Shown here: piece by piece, positions 1 through 11,006 of the stretch
Numbering within the stretch: the first letter of the stretch is position 1
Layout of the letters: every line of letters begins with the position of its first letter
Origin: Methanotrichaceae archaeon
GTDB taxonomy: Archaea > Halobacteriota > Methanosarcinia > Methanotrichales > Methanotrichaceae
Direction of reading: 5' to 3'
NCBI GenBank assembly: GCA_963803145.1
Contig: CAWDLW010000018.1
Location: 1-64,000, forward strand
DNA length: 64,000 nt
The notes under the pieces: model-generated
What the model was told of the DNA's origin: nothing
Database searches by the model: none
Seen by the model: only the letters and a program-made list of their open reading frames with translations
Program-made: the position numbers and the translations under genes

Positions 1-237
1 GACGCCCGAGTTCAATACAGCGTGCAATATTATCTATTCGCAATCGTCTTTGTGATATTCGATGTTGAGGTTCTTTTCTTATATCCCTGGGTTTATGTTT
101 ACGCTAATGCTTTCATGAAGCAGATGGCTGTTATTGGAACCATTAACATCGCAGTATTCGAGATGATTCTGTTTGTTATAGTGCTGATAATTGGATTAAT
201 ATATGCTATCAAGAAGGAGGCTTTGCGTTGGGTATAA
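1..237 (+). CDS. fpoA: F420H2:phenazine oxidoreductase subunit A (5' partial)
   Basis: NuoA motif YYLFAIVFVIFDVEVLFLYPW; the frame is open from base 1; first gene of the complex I-like operon. Confidence 0.92.
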   Translation, partial: DARVQYSVQYYLFAIVFVIFDVEVLFLYPWVYVYANAFMKQMAVIGTINIAVFEMILFVIVLIIGLIYAIKKEALRWV

Positions 238-800
238 GCGATGTAATACCCGTGCCTGCGGCAATTGATGAAGAGCTTGAGAAGTGGACGATCTTCGGCC
301 AGCCCGTGGCTGATGTCTGGTTTACAACTACTGAGAAAATCCATCAGATCATAGAGATGGGCCCAATAAAAAATCTATTCAATTGGGGCAGAAAGAACTC
401 AGTATACTTTTTGATGCAGCCTATGGGATGCTGCGGTGTGGAGATGTTCGTTTTCGGTGCTGCGCCTTATGACAGTGACCGATTTGGGTGCATACCCAGA
501 AACACACCGCGCCAGACCGATGTCATGATCATCTCAGGCTACATTACCAGGAAATACCTACCGGTCTTCAAAAGCCTCTGGGAACAGATGCCTGAGCCCA
601 AGTGGGTAGTAGCCATTGGCGAATGCGCTATATCTGGCGGGCCATTCTATGATTCCTATAATATCATTCAAAATACGGCCGATTACTTCCCGATAGATGT
701 CTTCATCCCTGGATGCCCCCCCAGGCCCGAGCAGTTCCTGGAGGGCTTACTCAATCTCCAGGAGAAGATCAAGCAGCGGAAGGACAAGCGAGGTTACTAA
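228..800 (+). CDS. fpoB: Fpo subunit B
   Basis: NuoB motifs GCCGVEM, DRFG, PRQTD, GECAISGG, IPGCPPRP. Confidence 0.95.
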   Translation: MGISDVIPVPAAIDEELEKWTIFGQPVADVWFTTTEKIHQIIEMGPIKNLFNWGRKNSVYFLMQPMGCCGVEMFVFGAAPYDSDRFGCIPRNTPRQTDVMIISGYITRKYLPVFKSLWEQMPEPKWVVAIGECAISGGPFYDSYNIIQNTADYFPIDVFIPGCPPRPEQFLEGLLNLQEKIKQRKDKRGY

Positions 801-815
801 AGGAGGAATCTTTTC

Positions 816-2528
816 TTGACTACTGCTAACGAGGTTCTAAGCTCGGTAGAGTCCGCCATCCCTGGAGCAGTCCTTGAATCCCGGGTGGAGTCGGACCGTA
901 GGCTTTGGGCCACAATCGATCCAAATAAAATTGTAGATGTATGCAAATATCTGAGTGATAAGCTGAATTTCGACCATTACTCTGGTACTGCAGGCCTAGA
1001 CTGGATTGCCAAAAATGAGCTGGAAGTTGTTGAGATTATGGCCAGCCATGGCGCTCATCAGGTTGTGGCTATGCTCAAAGTCAGAACACCCCGTGAAAAT
1101 CCATCCGTAAAATCCCTCACAGGCCTCTACTGGAATGCCAACTGGTATGAGCGTGAGGCCTGGGAGATGTTCGGCATCAACTTCGAGGGGCATCCGGAGC
1201 TTTATCCCTTGCTTCTGCCTGATGAGCTTGTAGGCTCCTGGCCCTGGAGAAAGGATTTCAAGGGTTACCCTGACCTGACAACAGGCCAGAGAGCTGTTGA
1301 AAGGCTTACTTCCGACGGCTACACAAAATACTATTTTCCACCAACACCGGCGGAAATTGAGGCAGGAACTGTTCCGAAGGAGCGGCCAAAATACCCGTCC
1401 CTCCGTGAACGAGAGGAGAAAGATATCAAATCAGATTCTGAAATGATCATGCACATGGGACCACAGCACGCGATGGTTCCAGGTCCTTTCCTGCTAGATG
1501 TGCTTGTGGAGGGCGAGCGTGTAAGGAAGGCCTACCTTGATCTGGGCTACATCCACAAAGGCATTGAAAAGATCATGGAGAATAGAACGTGGCTACAGGG
1601 CATAACCTACACCGACAGAATGTGCTATGTGGCTTCACTTTCCAATAACGAATGCTACTGCGGAGCCGTAGAAAAAATCCTTGGACTCGAAGTTCCACTG
1701 AGAGCGCAGTACATCCGTGTCATTCTGGAAGAGCTTTCCAGGATTCAGAGCCATCTGATAGGCACGGGCGAGTTCCTGACGCTGATCGCAGGCGTCGGTT
1801 ATGCGCCATGGCAGTACATGATCATAGATAGGGAACGCATCATCTCACTTATTGAGAGCGTTACCGGCGCCAGGCTTACCCATACTTTTGTGCGCTTTGG
1901 AGGCGTCAGAAACGATCTGCCTGAGGGCTTCAGCGAGAAGTGCAGAGAGACTCTGAAATATATGGAGTCAGAGGCAAATGAATTTCTGGCACTCTTCAAG
2001 CAGGACCCGATATACCACCTGAGAATGGATAACGTGGGCACAATCAGACCTGACAATGCTAAACGGATTGGCCTTTCTGGACCGCCGCTGAGGGCTACCG
2101 GTGTTGCTTACGATATGAGAAAGGAAGATCCAATACTGGTCTACCCCGAGCTTGACTTCAACGTGATAACTGGAACAAATGGAGATTGCCATGACAGGAT
2201 CGATGTCAGGCTGAGAGAGATTTTAGAGAGCATCCATATCATCGAGCAGTGCCTGGATCGTATCCCCGCAGGACCTATCAGGACTGAAACCAAGGTTCCA
2301 AAGAAGGTCCCTGCCGGCGAGGCCTACTATAGGGTCGAGGACCCCAGAGGCGAGATGGGAATGTACGTGGTCAGCGATGGCGGCGACAAGCCCTACAGAG
2401 TGAAGGTAAGAGGACCATTTTACGCTACCTTCCAGACTCTGCCTCCGCTATTGGAGGGCGTCTACATAGCAGATGTGGTTGCCATTGCAGGCAGCATGGA
2501 CGGCTGTCCGTCTGAGGCTGATAGATAG
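816..2528 (+). CDS. fpoCD: Fpo subunit C/D fusion
   Basis: N-terminal NuoC (WYEREAWEMFGINFEGHP) is continuous with NuoD (MGPQH, GYIHKGIEK, DRMCY, PRGEMG, C-terminal EADR). Confidence 0.93.
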   Translation: MTTANEVLSSVESAIPGAVLESRVESDRRLWATIDPNKIVDVCKYLSDKLNFDHYSGTAGLDWIAKNELEVVEIMASHGAHQVVAMLKVRTPRENPSVKSLTGLYWNANWYEREAWEMFGINFEGHPELYPLLLPDELVGSWPWRKDFKGYPDLTTGQRAVERLTSDGYTKYYFPPTPAEIEAGTVPKERPKYPSLREREEKDIKSDSEMIMHMGPQHAMVPGPFLLDVLVEGERVRKAYLDLGYIHKGIEKIMENRTWLQGITYTDRMCYVASLSNNECYCGAVEKILGLEVPLRAQYIRVILEELSRIQSHLIGTGEFLTLIAGVGYAPWQYMIIDRERIISLIESVTGARLTHTFVRFGGVRNDLPEGFSEKCRETLKYMESEANEFLALFKQDPIYHLRMDNVGTIRPDNAKRIGLSGPPLRATGVAYDMRKEDPILVYPELDFNVITGTNGDCHDRIDVRLREILESIHIIEQCLDRIPAGPIRTETKVPKKVPAGEAYYRVEDPRGEMGMYVVSDGGDKPYRVKVRGPFYATFQTLPPLLEGVYIADVVAIAGSMDGCPSEADR

Positions 2529-2540
2529 GAGGGAGAGGAT

Positions 2541-3593
2541 TTGGACGGAATAATAGATAGCATTACTCAATTTGCGGCCCAGCAGCCAGCAATCTTCGCT
2601 CTGATCATAGGCATAATCGGTGCTGCGATAATCTCAGCAGTAGTGAACGTCGGAGCTATGCTATTGATCTGGGGCGAAAGAAAAGTTCTTGGAGATTTCG
2701 CTGCCAGGTATGGGCCGAACAGGGTAGGCGGAAGGTGGGGCATACTTCAGCTCGGTGCCGATGCCATCAAGTTCTTCACAAAAGAGGATATTATTCCTGG
2801 GGGAGCGGATAAAGCGGTCTACGTCTGGGCGCCAATTGTGGCCTCGATAGCCACTATGCTTGTAGCGGCCGCCATTCCCTTCGGAGCTCTGCATATCAAT
2901 GGCAAGGATTATCCTCTGGTTGTTGCCAACATGGACATCAGCGCCTTATATGTAGAAGCGGCCCTAAGCCTGATGTCTATAGCAGTCTTCATGGCAGGCT
3001 ACAGCTCAAACAACAAGTATTCGATGCTGGGGGCCTTTAGGGGCATTGCCAGGATGATCGCCTACGAGGTGCCTATGGGCATCTGCGTTATTTCCGTAGC
3101 CATCATGGCTCATAGCCTGAACCTGGTCGAGATAGTACAGAAACAAACCCTCTGGTATGCCTTCGCTCAGCCTCTGGGATTTTTGATATTCCTTATCGCC
3201 CTGATAACTGACCTTGGAAGAATCCCCTTCGATCAGAGTGAGGCTGAAGAGGAAATCATATCCGGTTACAATACCGAATACAGCGGAATTCGGTTTGGCC
3301 TACTGTACTTCCAGGAGTACAATAACTTTCTCCTGGGGTCCATACTTCTGTCACTGCTGTTCTTGGGCGGCTGGCAGGGGCCGATTATACCAATACCGGT
3401 TCTTGATATTATCTCCCCGCTGATTTGGATGTTCATGAAGATGGTAATAGTTATGTGGTTCTTCATCTGGGTCAGAAGCTCTCTGTTCAGGCTCAGGATT
3501 GACCAGGTAACTGACCTTGGATGGAAATGGATGCTTCCGCTCTCTCTTGTGAATCTGGGATGGGCGGTGTTGATCGGATCTTACTTCGCATGA
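2541..3593 (+). CDS. fpoH: Fpo subunit H
   Basis: NuoH motifs ERK...RYGPNRVG, LQLGADAIKFFTKE, PFDQSEAEEE..SGYNTEYSG. Confidence 0.95.
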   Translation: MDGIIDSITQFAAQQPAIFALIIGIIGAAIISAVVNVGAMLLIWGERKVLGDFAARYGPNRVGGRWGILQLGADAIKFFTKEDIIPGGADKAVYVWAPIVASIATMLVAAAIPFGALHINGKDYPLVVANMDISALYVEAALSLMSIAVFMAGYSSNNKYSMLGAFRGIARMIAYEVPMGICVISVAIMAHSLNLVEIVQKQTLWYAFAQPLGFLIFLIALITDLGRIPFDQSEAEEEIISGYNTEYSGIRFGLLYFQEYNNFLLGSILLSLLFLGGWQGPIIPIPVLDIISPLIWMFMKMVIVMWFFIWVRSSLFRLRIDQVTDLGWKWMLPLSLVNLGWAVLIGSYFA

Positions 3594-3605
3594 GGTGGCA
3601 CTAAG

Positions 3606-4268
3606 ATGTTGAAGAGAAAGATGATTAAAAACTTCAGCTGGCCTTTGAAGACCGCCACTCGCGGGACCGAAGTCACCAGGCTATATCCAGAGGTGATGAT
3701 GGAGCTGCCTGCTGCCGAGCGCGGTATTCACGAGCTGGATGCCACCAAATGTATCGGGTGTGCATCCTGTGCCAGAATTTGTCCTAACTCCTGTATTGAA
3801 ATGGTTTCCTACAAGTTCGGGAATCCAATGAAGAACAAAAAGCTGCAGATGCCTCAGATTGATTATGGAAGGTGCATGTTCTGCGGCCTGTGTGTGGATG
3901 AGTGTCCTGTAGAATGCCTGAAGATGGGCAAGAAAGTTACCATGGCAGGCTGGGAAAGAAAGGACATCATCAAGGGCCCGGGAGATCTGGCAGTAAAGAA
4001 ATTCTCTCCCAAAGAAGTGGCAGAACTAGAGGCTGAGGCCAAGAGGGTCGCATCAGAGAAGGCCGCTGCTGCAGCAGCGAAGAAGAAGGCTGCTGCCAAA
4101 GAGGGAACCGAAGGGGCAGGAGCTGCCAAAAAGGCTGCTCCCGCGGAAGGAGCCGGAAAGGCCACGAAAGTGGCTGCCAAGAAGAAGGAGACGGCCAAAG
4201 CTGAAGAGGCTGTTGATAAAGCTGCCGAAAACAAAACAGAAGCGACAAAGGAAGGAGGTGCATCCTGA
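3606..4268 (+). CDS. fpoI: Fpo subunit I, 2x[4Fe-4S], with Ala/Lys/Glu-rich C-terminal tail
   Basis: CIGCASCARICP and CMFCGLCVDECP; operon position. Confidence 0.93.
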   Translation: MLKRKMIKNFSWPLKTATRGTEVTRLYPEVMMELPAAERGIHELDATKCIGCASCARICPNSCIEMVSYKFGNPMKNKKLQMPQIDYGRCMFCGLCVDECPVECLKMGKKVTMAGWERKDIIKGPGDLAVKKFSPKEVAELEAEAKRVASEKAAAAAAKKKAAAKEGTEGAGAAKKAAPAEGAGKATKVAAKKKETAKAEEAVDKAAENKTEATKEGGAS

Positions 4269-4699
4269 TGGCTGAAGGAAAGGAAAACCCTAACGTCATC
4301 CGGTCGATCTTTGAAGTGATTGTGCTCTTCGCAGCGATCTTCATAATATTCGGCGGTATTGCACTGATCGTGGCACTGTCGCCCTGGTCTAGAACGGTCT
4401 TGGAAAGATTTCTGGCCTATGATATAGCATTCGCAGTAGAGCTTATCGCCTACTTAATCATAGCAGCATTGGTCGTATTGCTATCAATACTTACAGTCTA
4501 CTCCAGGAACATAGTCCACAGCGCCCTTTATCTTCTGGGAACTTTTGCATGTGTGGCAGCTATTTACATATTCCTGAACGCTACCTTCCTGGGAGTTGCC
4601 CAAGTGCTGGTCTATATTGGAGCAGTCGGAGTTCTGATACTATTCGCAGTGATGCTCACGAGAAAGACGATCATGGAGGAATCCCATGGTGAAATATAA
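4268..4699 (+). CDS. fpoJ: Fpo subunit J (N-terminal half, J1)
   Basis: NuoJ motif NIVHSALYL...QVLVYIGAVGVLILFAVML. Confidence 0.88.
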   Translation: MAEGKENPNVIRSIFEVIVLFAAIFIIFGGIALIVALSPWSRTVLERFLAYDIAFAVELIAYLIIAALVVLLSILTVYSRNIVHSALYLLGTFACVAAIYIFLNATFLGVAQVLVYIGAVGVLILFAVMLTRKTIMEESHGEI

Positions 4700-4952
4700 G
4701 GTTGTTATTTTGGCCCTAGCTTTCCTGGCTGTGCTCTTTGCGTCTCTCTCACTCACGCCCTGGAAAAGCACTGGTGTGGCGCAGCCGCTCCCATTTGAGC
4801 AGAATCCAGGAGAGAGATTGCCTGAAAGCAGAATAGGCGATGTCGGTATGGAAATATTTACCACATACGTCTTTGCATTTGAGATACTCGCTTTGGTGCT
4901 GACAGCAGCCCTGGTAGGAGCAGTTTATGTCGCTAGAAAAGAGGTAGCCTGA
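4686..4952 (+). CDS. Fpo subunit J2 (C-terminal half of NuoJ)
   Basis: IFTTYVFAFEILALVLTAALVGAVYVAR matches the NuoJ C-terminus; split J is typical of Methanosarcinales. Confidence 0.85.
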   Translation: MVKYKVVILALAFLAVLFASLSLTPWKSTGVAQPLPFEQNPGERLPESRIGDVGMEIFTTYVFAFEILALVLTAALVGAVYVARKEVA

Positions 4953-4991
4953 GGAGGAGATGAGGACAATGACAAGGAGGGAAGTAAAACA

Positions 4992-5294
4992 ATGATCCCG
5001 CTGGAGCTTTTCCTATTGCTTTCATCCATAATGTTCACCATCGGCTTGTATGGGCTTGTAACACAGAGAAACGGTGTCAAGCTGATGATGTGTATTGAGC
5101 TTCTGCTCAACAGCGCCAACATAAACCTGGTCGCCTTCTCGGCTTACCAGCCAAATGTGAACGGCCAAGTCTTTGCTCTGTTCTCTATAGCACTGGCTGC
5201 AGCTGAAGCAGGCGTAGGATTTGCTATACTAATATCGCTGTACAGGCTGTATGGAACCATTGACCTGGATAACATAAATGCACTGAGGTGGTGA
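4992..5294 (+). CDS. fpoK: Fpo subunit K
   Basis: NuoK motifs [11 protein letters not shown] and [15 protein letters not shown]. Confidence 0.95.
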   Translation: MIPLELFLLLSSIMFTIGLYGLVTQRNGVKLMMCIELLLNSANINLVAFSAYQPNVNGQVFALFSIALAAAEAGVGFAILISLYRLYGTIDLDNINALRW

Positions 5295-7333
5295 TGTTGT
5301 ACTCCGATTATGCCTATTTGATAGTAGCACTGCCAGTTCTCGCCTTCGTGCTATGCATATTCGTCGGATGGCACCTGCCCAGGGGCGGAGGATTCCTGAC
5401 GGTTCTGGCGACATTTGCAGGGCTTATACTATCTCTAGGGATAACCTCTGAAATATTCCCTAAGAACGAGATCGTTCACCAATCGATACCCTGGTTCGCC
5501 ACATTCAACGTAGGAATCCTGATAGATCCATTGGCATTGGTGATGCTTCTGATGGTAACCTTCGTGGTTACATTGATCCACACCTATGCCCTGGGTTACA
5601 TGAATGGCGATCCGGGAGCAGCCAGATACTTCGCAGAAGCTGGCCTTTTCACAGCTGCAATGCTGGGATTAGTCTACTCAGATAACATTTTGCAGCTCTT
5701 TATATTCTGGGAGCTTGTAGGCCTGTGCTCATATCTGCTCATCGGATTCTGGTACAGGAAACCATCTGCAGCGGCCGCAGCGAAGAAGGCATTCCTGACA
5801 ACGAGGGTGGGCGATGTTCTGTTCCTGGCAGGAATTGTACTACTGTACAACAACCTTGCAGCCCTGAACATACCCTTGAAGCCGGACGAGTTCCTGCTTC
5901 AGTTCCCAGTGATCTATGCCCATATCGCTCAAATCCCGCCGGCTCAGCTGACGTTCATAGCTCTGGGCATTCTGGGTGGTGCGATAGGCAAGTCAGGTCA
6001 GTTCCCGCTGCACGTCTGGCTGCCTGATGCAATGGAAGGACCTACAACCGTCTCTGCTATGATCCACGCAGCAACGATGGTTACTGCAGGTGTCTACCTG
6101 GTCGCCAGAATGTTCCCGCTGTTCTATGCCGCGCCCTACGGGCTTACGGCAGTTGCGGCAGTTGGCGCATTCACAGCGCTGTTTGCAGCCACGATGGGCC
6201 TCACAGCATTCGATATCAAGAGAGTTCTGGCATTTTCGACTGTTTCACAGCTCGGATTCATGATGGCAGGACTTGGTACCGGAGCTGCAGTCGGCGCTGC
6301 TGCTGTGGGAGTTTCAATGTTCCACCTTATCGGCCACTCGTTCTTCAAAGCGCTGCTCTTCCTCTGCGCAGGCTCAGTGATCCACGCAGTGAATACAAAC
6401 GATATGCGTGAGATGGGCGGCGTATCGAAGTACATGAAGTGGACTGCCTACACAATGCTCATCGGCGGACTATCCCTGGCGGGATTCCCGCTCTTTACGG
6501 GATTCTTCTCCAAGGATGAAATAATAGTGCAAGCCTATGAGTACGGCGTAATGATTAATTACCTGCCGTATCTGTTCCTGGTAGCAGCCGCGACACTGAC
6601 GGCAATATACACCTTCAGAATGTGGTTCTCAGTATTCACAGGAAAGGAGAGAAGCGATTATCATAAGCACGAGTCGCCTTGGGTTATGCTCGGGCCGCTG
6701 GTAATTTTAGCCGTCTTCGCATTCGGCTTCGGCATGGCAGCTCAGGGAGGGTTTTACCAGTATCTGGATACCAACTTCGATCACTATGGAGTGAACTTCA
6801 ATAGTCTTGCAGCAATAGGTGGCCACCCCACAAAGGAGGTCATACCGGCAGGCAAGCCAGAGACAGAACCATATGTCTCAGAGCCAACAGAACAAGGCGG
6901 TCATCCGGCAGAAACACAAACAGAACCTGCAGAGCCCTGGTACATCCAGATACTGCCAATCATCGTGGCAGTAGGCGGTATTCTGCTCGCAGGGCTGTTC
7001 TACTGGGATAAAATCAAGAGGTTTGATCCGAGCCGAGTGACCAGTGATAAGGATCCACTACGCAGATTGCTGCTTAAGGGATACTACCAGCATGAAATAT
7101 TCACCCAATGGTTTGCCGAGACCGTCGTCTATGGAACTGCGCTGATCTGCAACATGATCGACATCAAGCTTGTAGACGGATGGCTCAACTGGCTAAGCGG
7201 ATGGGTTCTGGGATTCGGAGGGAACGTGAGAAGAGTTCAGACAGGAGTCATACAGAACTACATTACAGCCGTGGTTCTAGGGATTGTGATACTTGTGGTC
7301 GTAATTGAGCTGGCTGTGGGGGTGCACGTATGA
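5288..7333 (+). CDS. fpoL: Fpo subunit L
   Basis: NuoL motifs [44 protein letters not shown]. Confidence 0.95.
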   Translation: MVMLYSDYAYLIVALPVLAFVLCIFVGWHLPRGGGFLTVLATFAGLILSLGITSEIFPKNEIVHQSIPWFATFNVGILIDPLALVMLLMVTFVVTLIHTYALGYMNGDPGAARYFAEAGLFTAAMLGLVYSDNILQLFIFWELVGLCSYLLIGFWYRKPSAAAAAKKAFLTTRVGDVLFLAGIVLLYNNLAALNIPLKPDEFLLQFPVIYAHIAQIPPAQLTFIALGILGGAIGKSGQFPLHVWLPDAMEGPTTVSAMIHAATMVTAGVYLVARMFPLFYAAPYGLTAVAAVGAFTALFAATMGLTAFDIKRVLAFSTVSQLGFMMAGLGTGAAVGAAAVGVSMFHLIGHSFFKALLFLCAGSVIHAVNTNDMREMGGVSKYMKWTAYTMLIGGLSLAGFPLFTGFFSKDEIIVQAYEYGVMINYLPYLFLVAAATLTAIYTFRMWFSVFTGKERSDYHKHESPWVMLGPLVILAVFAFGFGMAAQGGFYQYLDTNFDHYGVNFNSLAAIGGHPTKEVIPAGKPETEPYVSEPTEQGGHPAETQTEPAEPWYIQILPIIVAVGGILLAGLFYWDKIKRFDPSRVTSDKDPLRRLLLKGYYQHEIFTQWFAETVVYGTALICNMIDIKLVDGWLNWLSGWVLGFGGNVRRVQTGVIQNYITAVVLGIVILVVVIELAVGVHV

Positions 7334-8844
7334 TCTCAAATGCCATATCGCTGATGATCCTTATCCCGCTCATCGGAGCAGTCATAGCATTTTTGACTAG
7401 GACCAGAGCACAGGCGAGGATAGTAGCCCTGATAGCCTCTCTAATACCGCTAGTACTAGCGTTGCAGATGTACATGCAGTTCGATAAGACTTCATCAAAG
7501 ATGCAGTTCGTCGAGAGCTATAATTGGGTGCCATCGATAGGAGTCAAGTATACAGTCGGCGTAGACGGAATTGGCCTGCCGCTGGTTATCCTATCAGCGA
7601 TAGTATCAGTATTAGTGATAATATATGCCTGGGGCGAGAACGCAAGGCCTAACCAGTTCTTTGCCCTGCTTCTCCTGAACGAGGTAGGAGTAATGGGAGT
7701 GTTCACAGCACTCGATTTCTTCCTGTTCTACATATTCTGGGAGATAGTGCTCATACCAATGTTCTTCCTGATAGGAGTATGGGGAGGGCCAAGAAAGGAT
7801 TATGCTGCAATCAAGTTCTTCATTTACACCCACGTGGCAAGCCTTGTGATGCTACTGGCTATATTCGGCCTATACTTCACATATAGGCTGCCTGACGGCT
7901 CCCACACCTTCGATATGCTGACGTTGCTTAAGGCAACATCCGATAAGACGATCTTTCCCACAGGCCTCCTGAACATAATCTTCGCAGGCCTGCTGTTTGG
8001 ATTCCTCGTCAAGATGCCAGCATTCCCGTTCCATACGTGGCTGCCTGACGCCCACGTCGAGGCACCAACTGCAGGATCAGTCGTACTGGCTGCCCTATTG
8101 CTCAAAATGGGCGGATACGGCATCTTCAGGGTAATACTGCCCATCCTTCCGAACGTGGACAAGATCTTCGTGACGATAATTGCGATAATCGCAGTACTCA
8201 GCATTGTCTATGGAGCATTCATGGCGCTGGCCCAGAAGGATATCAAGAAGCTTGTAGCCTATTCATCAGTCAGCCATATGGGCTTCGTGACCCTCGGAGC
8301 AGTCGCATTCACCTGGCTCTCGATTCAGGGCGCGATGTTCCAGCAGTTCTCTCACGGAATCATAACATGCGCCCTGTTCATGTCTGCAGGGACAATACAG
8401 CACGTCGTGGGGACAAGGGTTATAGGTGATCTCGGCGGCTTGGCAGACAGGATGCCCAAATTTGCATTCCTAATGCTCGCTGCCTTCCTGGCATCGCTTG
8501 GCCTTCCGGGAATGAGCGGTTTCATCGCAGAGTTCACAGTGCTTGCAGGCTCATATGCAACTCTTCCGACCTATACGATGATAGTGATATTCCTGAGCAT
8601 AGCGACAACTGGAGCCTACCACTTATGGGCAACTCAGAGGGTGCTCTTCGGACCAATACTGAAGAAGTATGTGGAGCTGCATGATCCACATTCCTATGAG
8701 CTCTTCTCCATGGCCATGATAGTGCTGCTTGCGGTGATCTTCGGAGTATTCCCAAGCCTAATAATGAACATCATGGGAGTGGCTGCAAATCAGCTCATTT
8801 CTCCGCAACCGGTCATGACGCTTGCCCAGATGGGGGTGGTATAA
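7330..8844 (+). CDS. fpoM: Fpo subunit M
   Basis: NuoM motifs PFHTWLPDAHVEAPTAGS, LLKMGGYG, AYSSVSHMG. Confidence 0.95.
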   Translation: MISNAISLMILIPLIGAVIAFLTRTRAQARIVALIASLIPLVLALQMYMQFDKTSSKMQFVESYNWVPSIGVKYTVGVDGIGLPLVILSAIVSVLVIIYAWGENARPNQFFALLLLNEVGVMGVFTALDFFLFYIFWEIVLIPMFFLIGVWGGPRKDYAAIKFFIYTHVASLVMLLAIFGLYFTYRLPDGSHTFDMLTLLKATSDKTIFPTGLLNIIFAGLLFGFLVKMPAFPFHTWLPDAHVEAPTAGSVVLAALLLKMGGYGIFRVILPILPNVDKIFVTIIAIIAVLSIVYGAFMALAQKDIKKLVAYSSVSHMGFVTLGAVAFTWLSIQGAMFQQFSHGIITCALFMSAGTIQHVVGTRVIGDLGGLADRMPKFAFLMLAAFLASLGLPGMSGFIAEFTVLAGSYATLPTYTMIVIFLSIATTGAYHLWATQRVLFGPILKKYVELHDPHSYELFSMAMIVLLAVIFGVFPSLIMNIMGVAANQLISPQPVMTLAQMGVV

Positions 8845-8845
8845 A

Positions 8846-10333
8846 GTGATCGATATTGCGCACTACGCGCCTCTATTTCCAGAGGCGCTTCTGACTTTCC
8901 TGGCAGTGCTAGTAGTGCTGCTCGGCGCCCTCATAAAGAATGGCGGGAAGATCACAGGATACCTGAGCCTTCTTGGCCTCATAGCCGCTCTTGGTCTGGT
9001 CTCGAGCACTATAATGATCTCAAAGCCGGCCATATTCTTCTTCGACACGATCTCTGTCGATGGGCTATCGCAGTTCTTCAAGGCCGTGTTCATAGTAGTA
9101 TCATTATTAGTGGTAATTGCATCGCTATCCAGATACATCAACGTCCCTGGCGGCGATGAGTTCTATGCTCTACTGCTGATGGCCACGGTCGGAATGATGG
9201 TGGTCTCAAGCTCGGTTGATCTGGTGACACTCTTCGTAGGGTTTGAACTTGCAAGCCTTTCAACCTATAGCTTAGCTGCATTTGATAAGTCCAAGAAGAA
9301 CCTTGAAGCCGCGATGAAGTACTTCATCTTCGGCTCAGTCTCATCTGCGTTGATGCTGTTTGGCTTCTCACTGCTGTATGGAATGGCCGGAACGACAAAG
9401 ATCGCAACCATTGCGACAGTTGCTCTGACGAACATGTCGCCCGCAATTCTGGTTGCACTCGTCTTTGTAATCGCAGGGTTCGCATTCAAGATGGCACTTG
9501 TGCCATTCCACATGTGGGCTCCCGATACCTACGAAGGAGCTCCGCCGCTGGTCTCAGCCCTACTGGCAGCAGGCTCAAAGAAGATGGGATTTGCAGCAGC
9601 ATTCAGGGTGATAATCGTCGCCTTGCTTGCAGTCCGCATGGAGTGGTATCTTGCCTTTGCAATCCTTGCAGCAGTAACTATGACTTTGGGTAACCTTGCG
9701 GCATGCTGGCAGAATAACGTGCGCCGGATACTGGCCTATTCATCCATTGCGCAGGCTGGCTATATCGCCATAGCCCTGGTAGTAGTTGGAGCTGCGCCAA
9801 GCCTGCCCAACGGACAGAGCATCGCACAGATAGGTATCGCAGGCGGACTTCTCCTGATATTGGCACATGCCCTGATGAAGACAGGAGCCTTCATAGGAAC
9901 TGCTCAGGTGGCCTCAATGGTTTCCAAGGATGGCGGCAAGAGCGATCCCGATGACATCTCGAACTATGCAGGGCTCGGCAAAAGAGCGCCTATCACTGCA
10001 TTCTGTATGATGGTCTTCATGTTCGCACTGGCAGGAATCCCGCCAACTGCAGGATACATCGGCAAGTTCGTGCTGTTCAGCTCTGCTATCTATGCAGGGC
10101 TTGTCTGGCTAGCAGCTCTCGCGATCCTCAACAGCGCTCTATCGTTGTACTACTACCTGAGGATCATCAACTACATGTATCTCAAGGAGCCGGCCGGACC
10201 AAAGATCTCTGAGCCTAAGGGCTATACGGCAGCACTCTTGATCACATTGATCGCTGTGTTCTGGGTAGGATTACTGCCACAGGGATTCGTCAACTGGGCA
10301 ATGCAGGCAGCAACAGTTCTGCTGCCTCATTAA
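8846..10333 (+). CDS. fpoN: Fpo subunit N
   Basis: NuoN motifs FKMALVPFHMWAPDTYEGAP and LAYSSIAQAGY; GTG at 8846, just after the fpoM stop, chosen as start. Confidence 0.93.
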   Translation: MIDIAHYAPLFPEALLTFLAVLVVLLGALIKNGGKITGYLSLLGLIAALGLVSSTIMISKPAIFFFDTISVDGLSQFFKAVFIVVSLLVVIASLSRYINVPGGDEFYALLLMATVGMMVVSSSVDLVTLFVGFELASLSTYSLAAFDKSKKNLEAAMKYFIFGSVSSALMLFGFSLLYGMAGTTKIATIATVALTNMSPAILVALVFVIAGFAFKMALVPFHMWAPDTYEGAPPLVSALLAAGSKKMGFAAAFRVIIVALLAVRMEWYLAFAILAAVTMTLGNLAACWQNNVRRILAYSSIAQAGYIAIALVVVGAAPSLPNGQSIAQIGIAGGLLLILAHALMKTGAFIGTAQVASMVSKDGGKSDPDDISNYAGLGKRAPITAFCMMVFMFALAGIPPTAGYIGKFVLFSSAIYAGLVWLAALAILNSALSLYYYLRIINYMYLKEPAGPKISEPKGYTAALLITLIAVFWVGLLPQGFVNWAMQAATVLLPH

Positions 10334-10495
10334 AACTTTTTATCAAGTCTTTTTTGCTTAAATAATTCATAGTTCGCCTTAAATTAGAACAGTTACTTTC
10401 GCTCCACATACATTATCTATATTTTCTCATGTAAGCAGCTATCTGTTCAGCGATAAATTGCAAAATACAACTTCAGTAATTGTGGAGGGAATGGA

Positions 10496-10942
10496 TTGAA
10501 GTGCAAAGTTTATAACATCCGGTTGTCCGACGAATTTGCTAATGATGAAGCAAATTTGAATAAGTTCCTAGATGGGATTGCTGTCAAGAGAATATTCACC
10601 TCTTTTACTGGTATGTCTTGGTTTACACTGATATTTTATGAAGAAGTACCTTATAAAGTGAATTCAAAGAGTTCAGAAGAGATTGTTTTATCGCCAGAGG
10701 AACAGGAATTATACGATATACTGAGAAATTGGAGAAATGAGCAAGCCAAAGCTGGCGACCTTCAGCCATATATTATAGCTAATAATCTCTCGCTGAAGCA
10801 TATGGTAAAGAAGCAGGTCAAAACAAAGGAGGATCTGCTCCAGATAAAAGGCTTTGGAGCAAAGAGAACTGAAAAATATGGAGATGACATACTCAAAGTC
10901 ATTGAATCATATATCCTTGAGACAAATGATTTTACGATATGA
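10496..10942 (+). CDS. HRDC domain protein
   Basis: LYDILRNWRNEQAK...PYII...LLQIKGFGAKRTEKYGDDIL is an HRDC signature. Confidence 0.8.
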   Translation: MKCKVYNIRLSDEFANDEANLNKFLDGIAVKRIFTSFTGMSWFTLIFYEEVPYKVNSKSSEEIVLSPEEQELYDILRNWRNEQAKAGDLQPYIIANNLSLKHMVKKQVKTKEDLLQIKGFGAKRTEKYGDDILKVIESYILETNDFTI

Positions 10943-11006
10943 CCCAGTATTTCTAATATCCAAGTGACAAAGTTTCTATACGCGTTAGCATAACCTCTGA
11001 GCCTAA

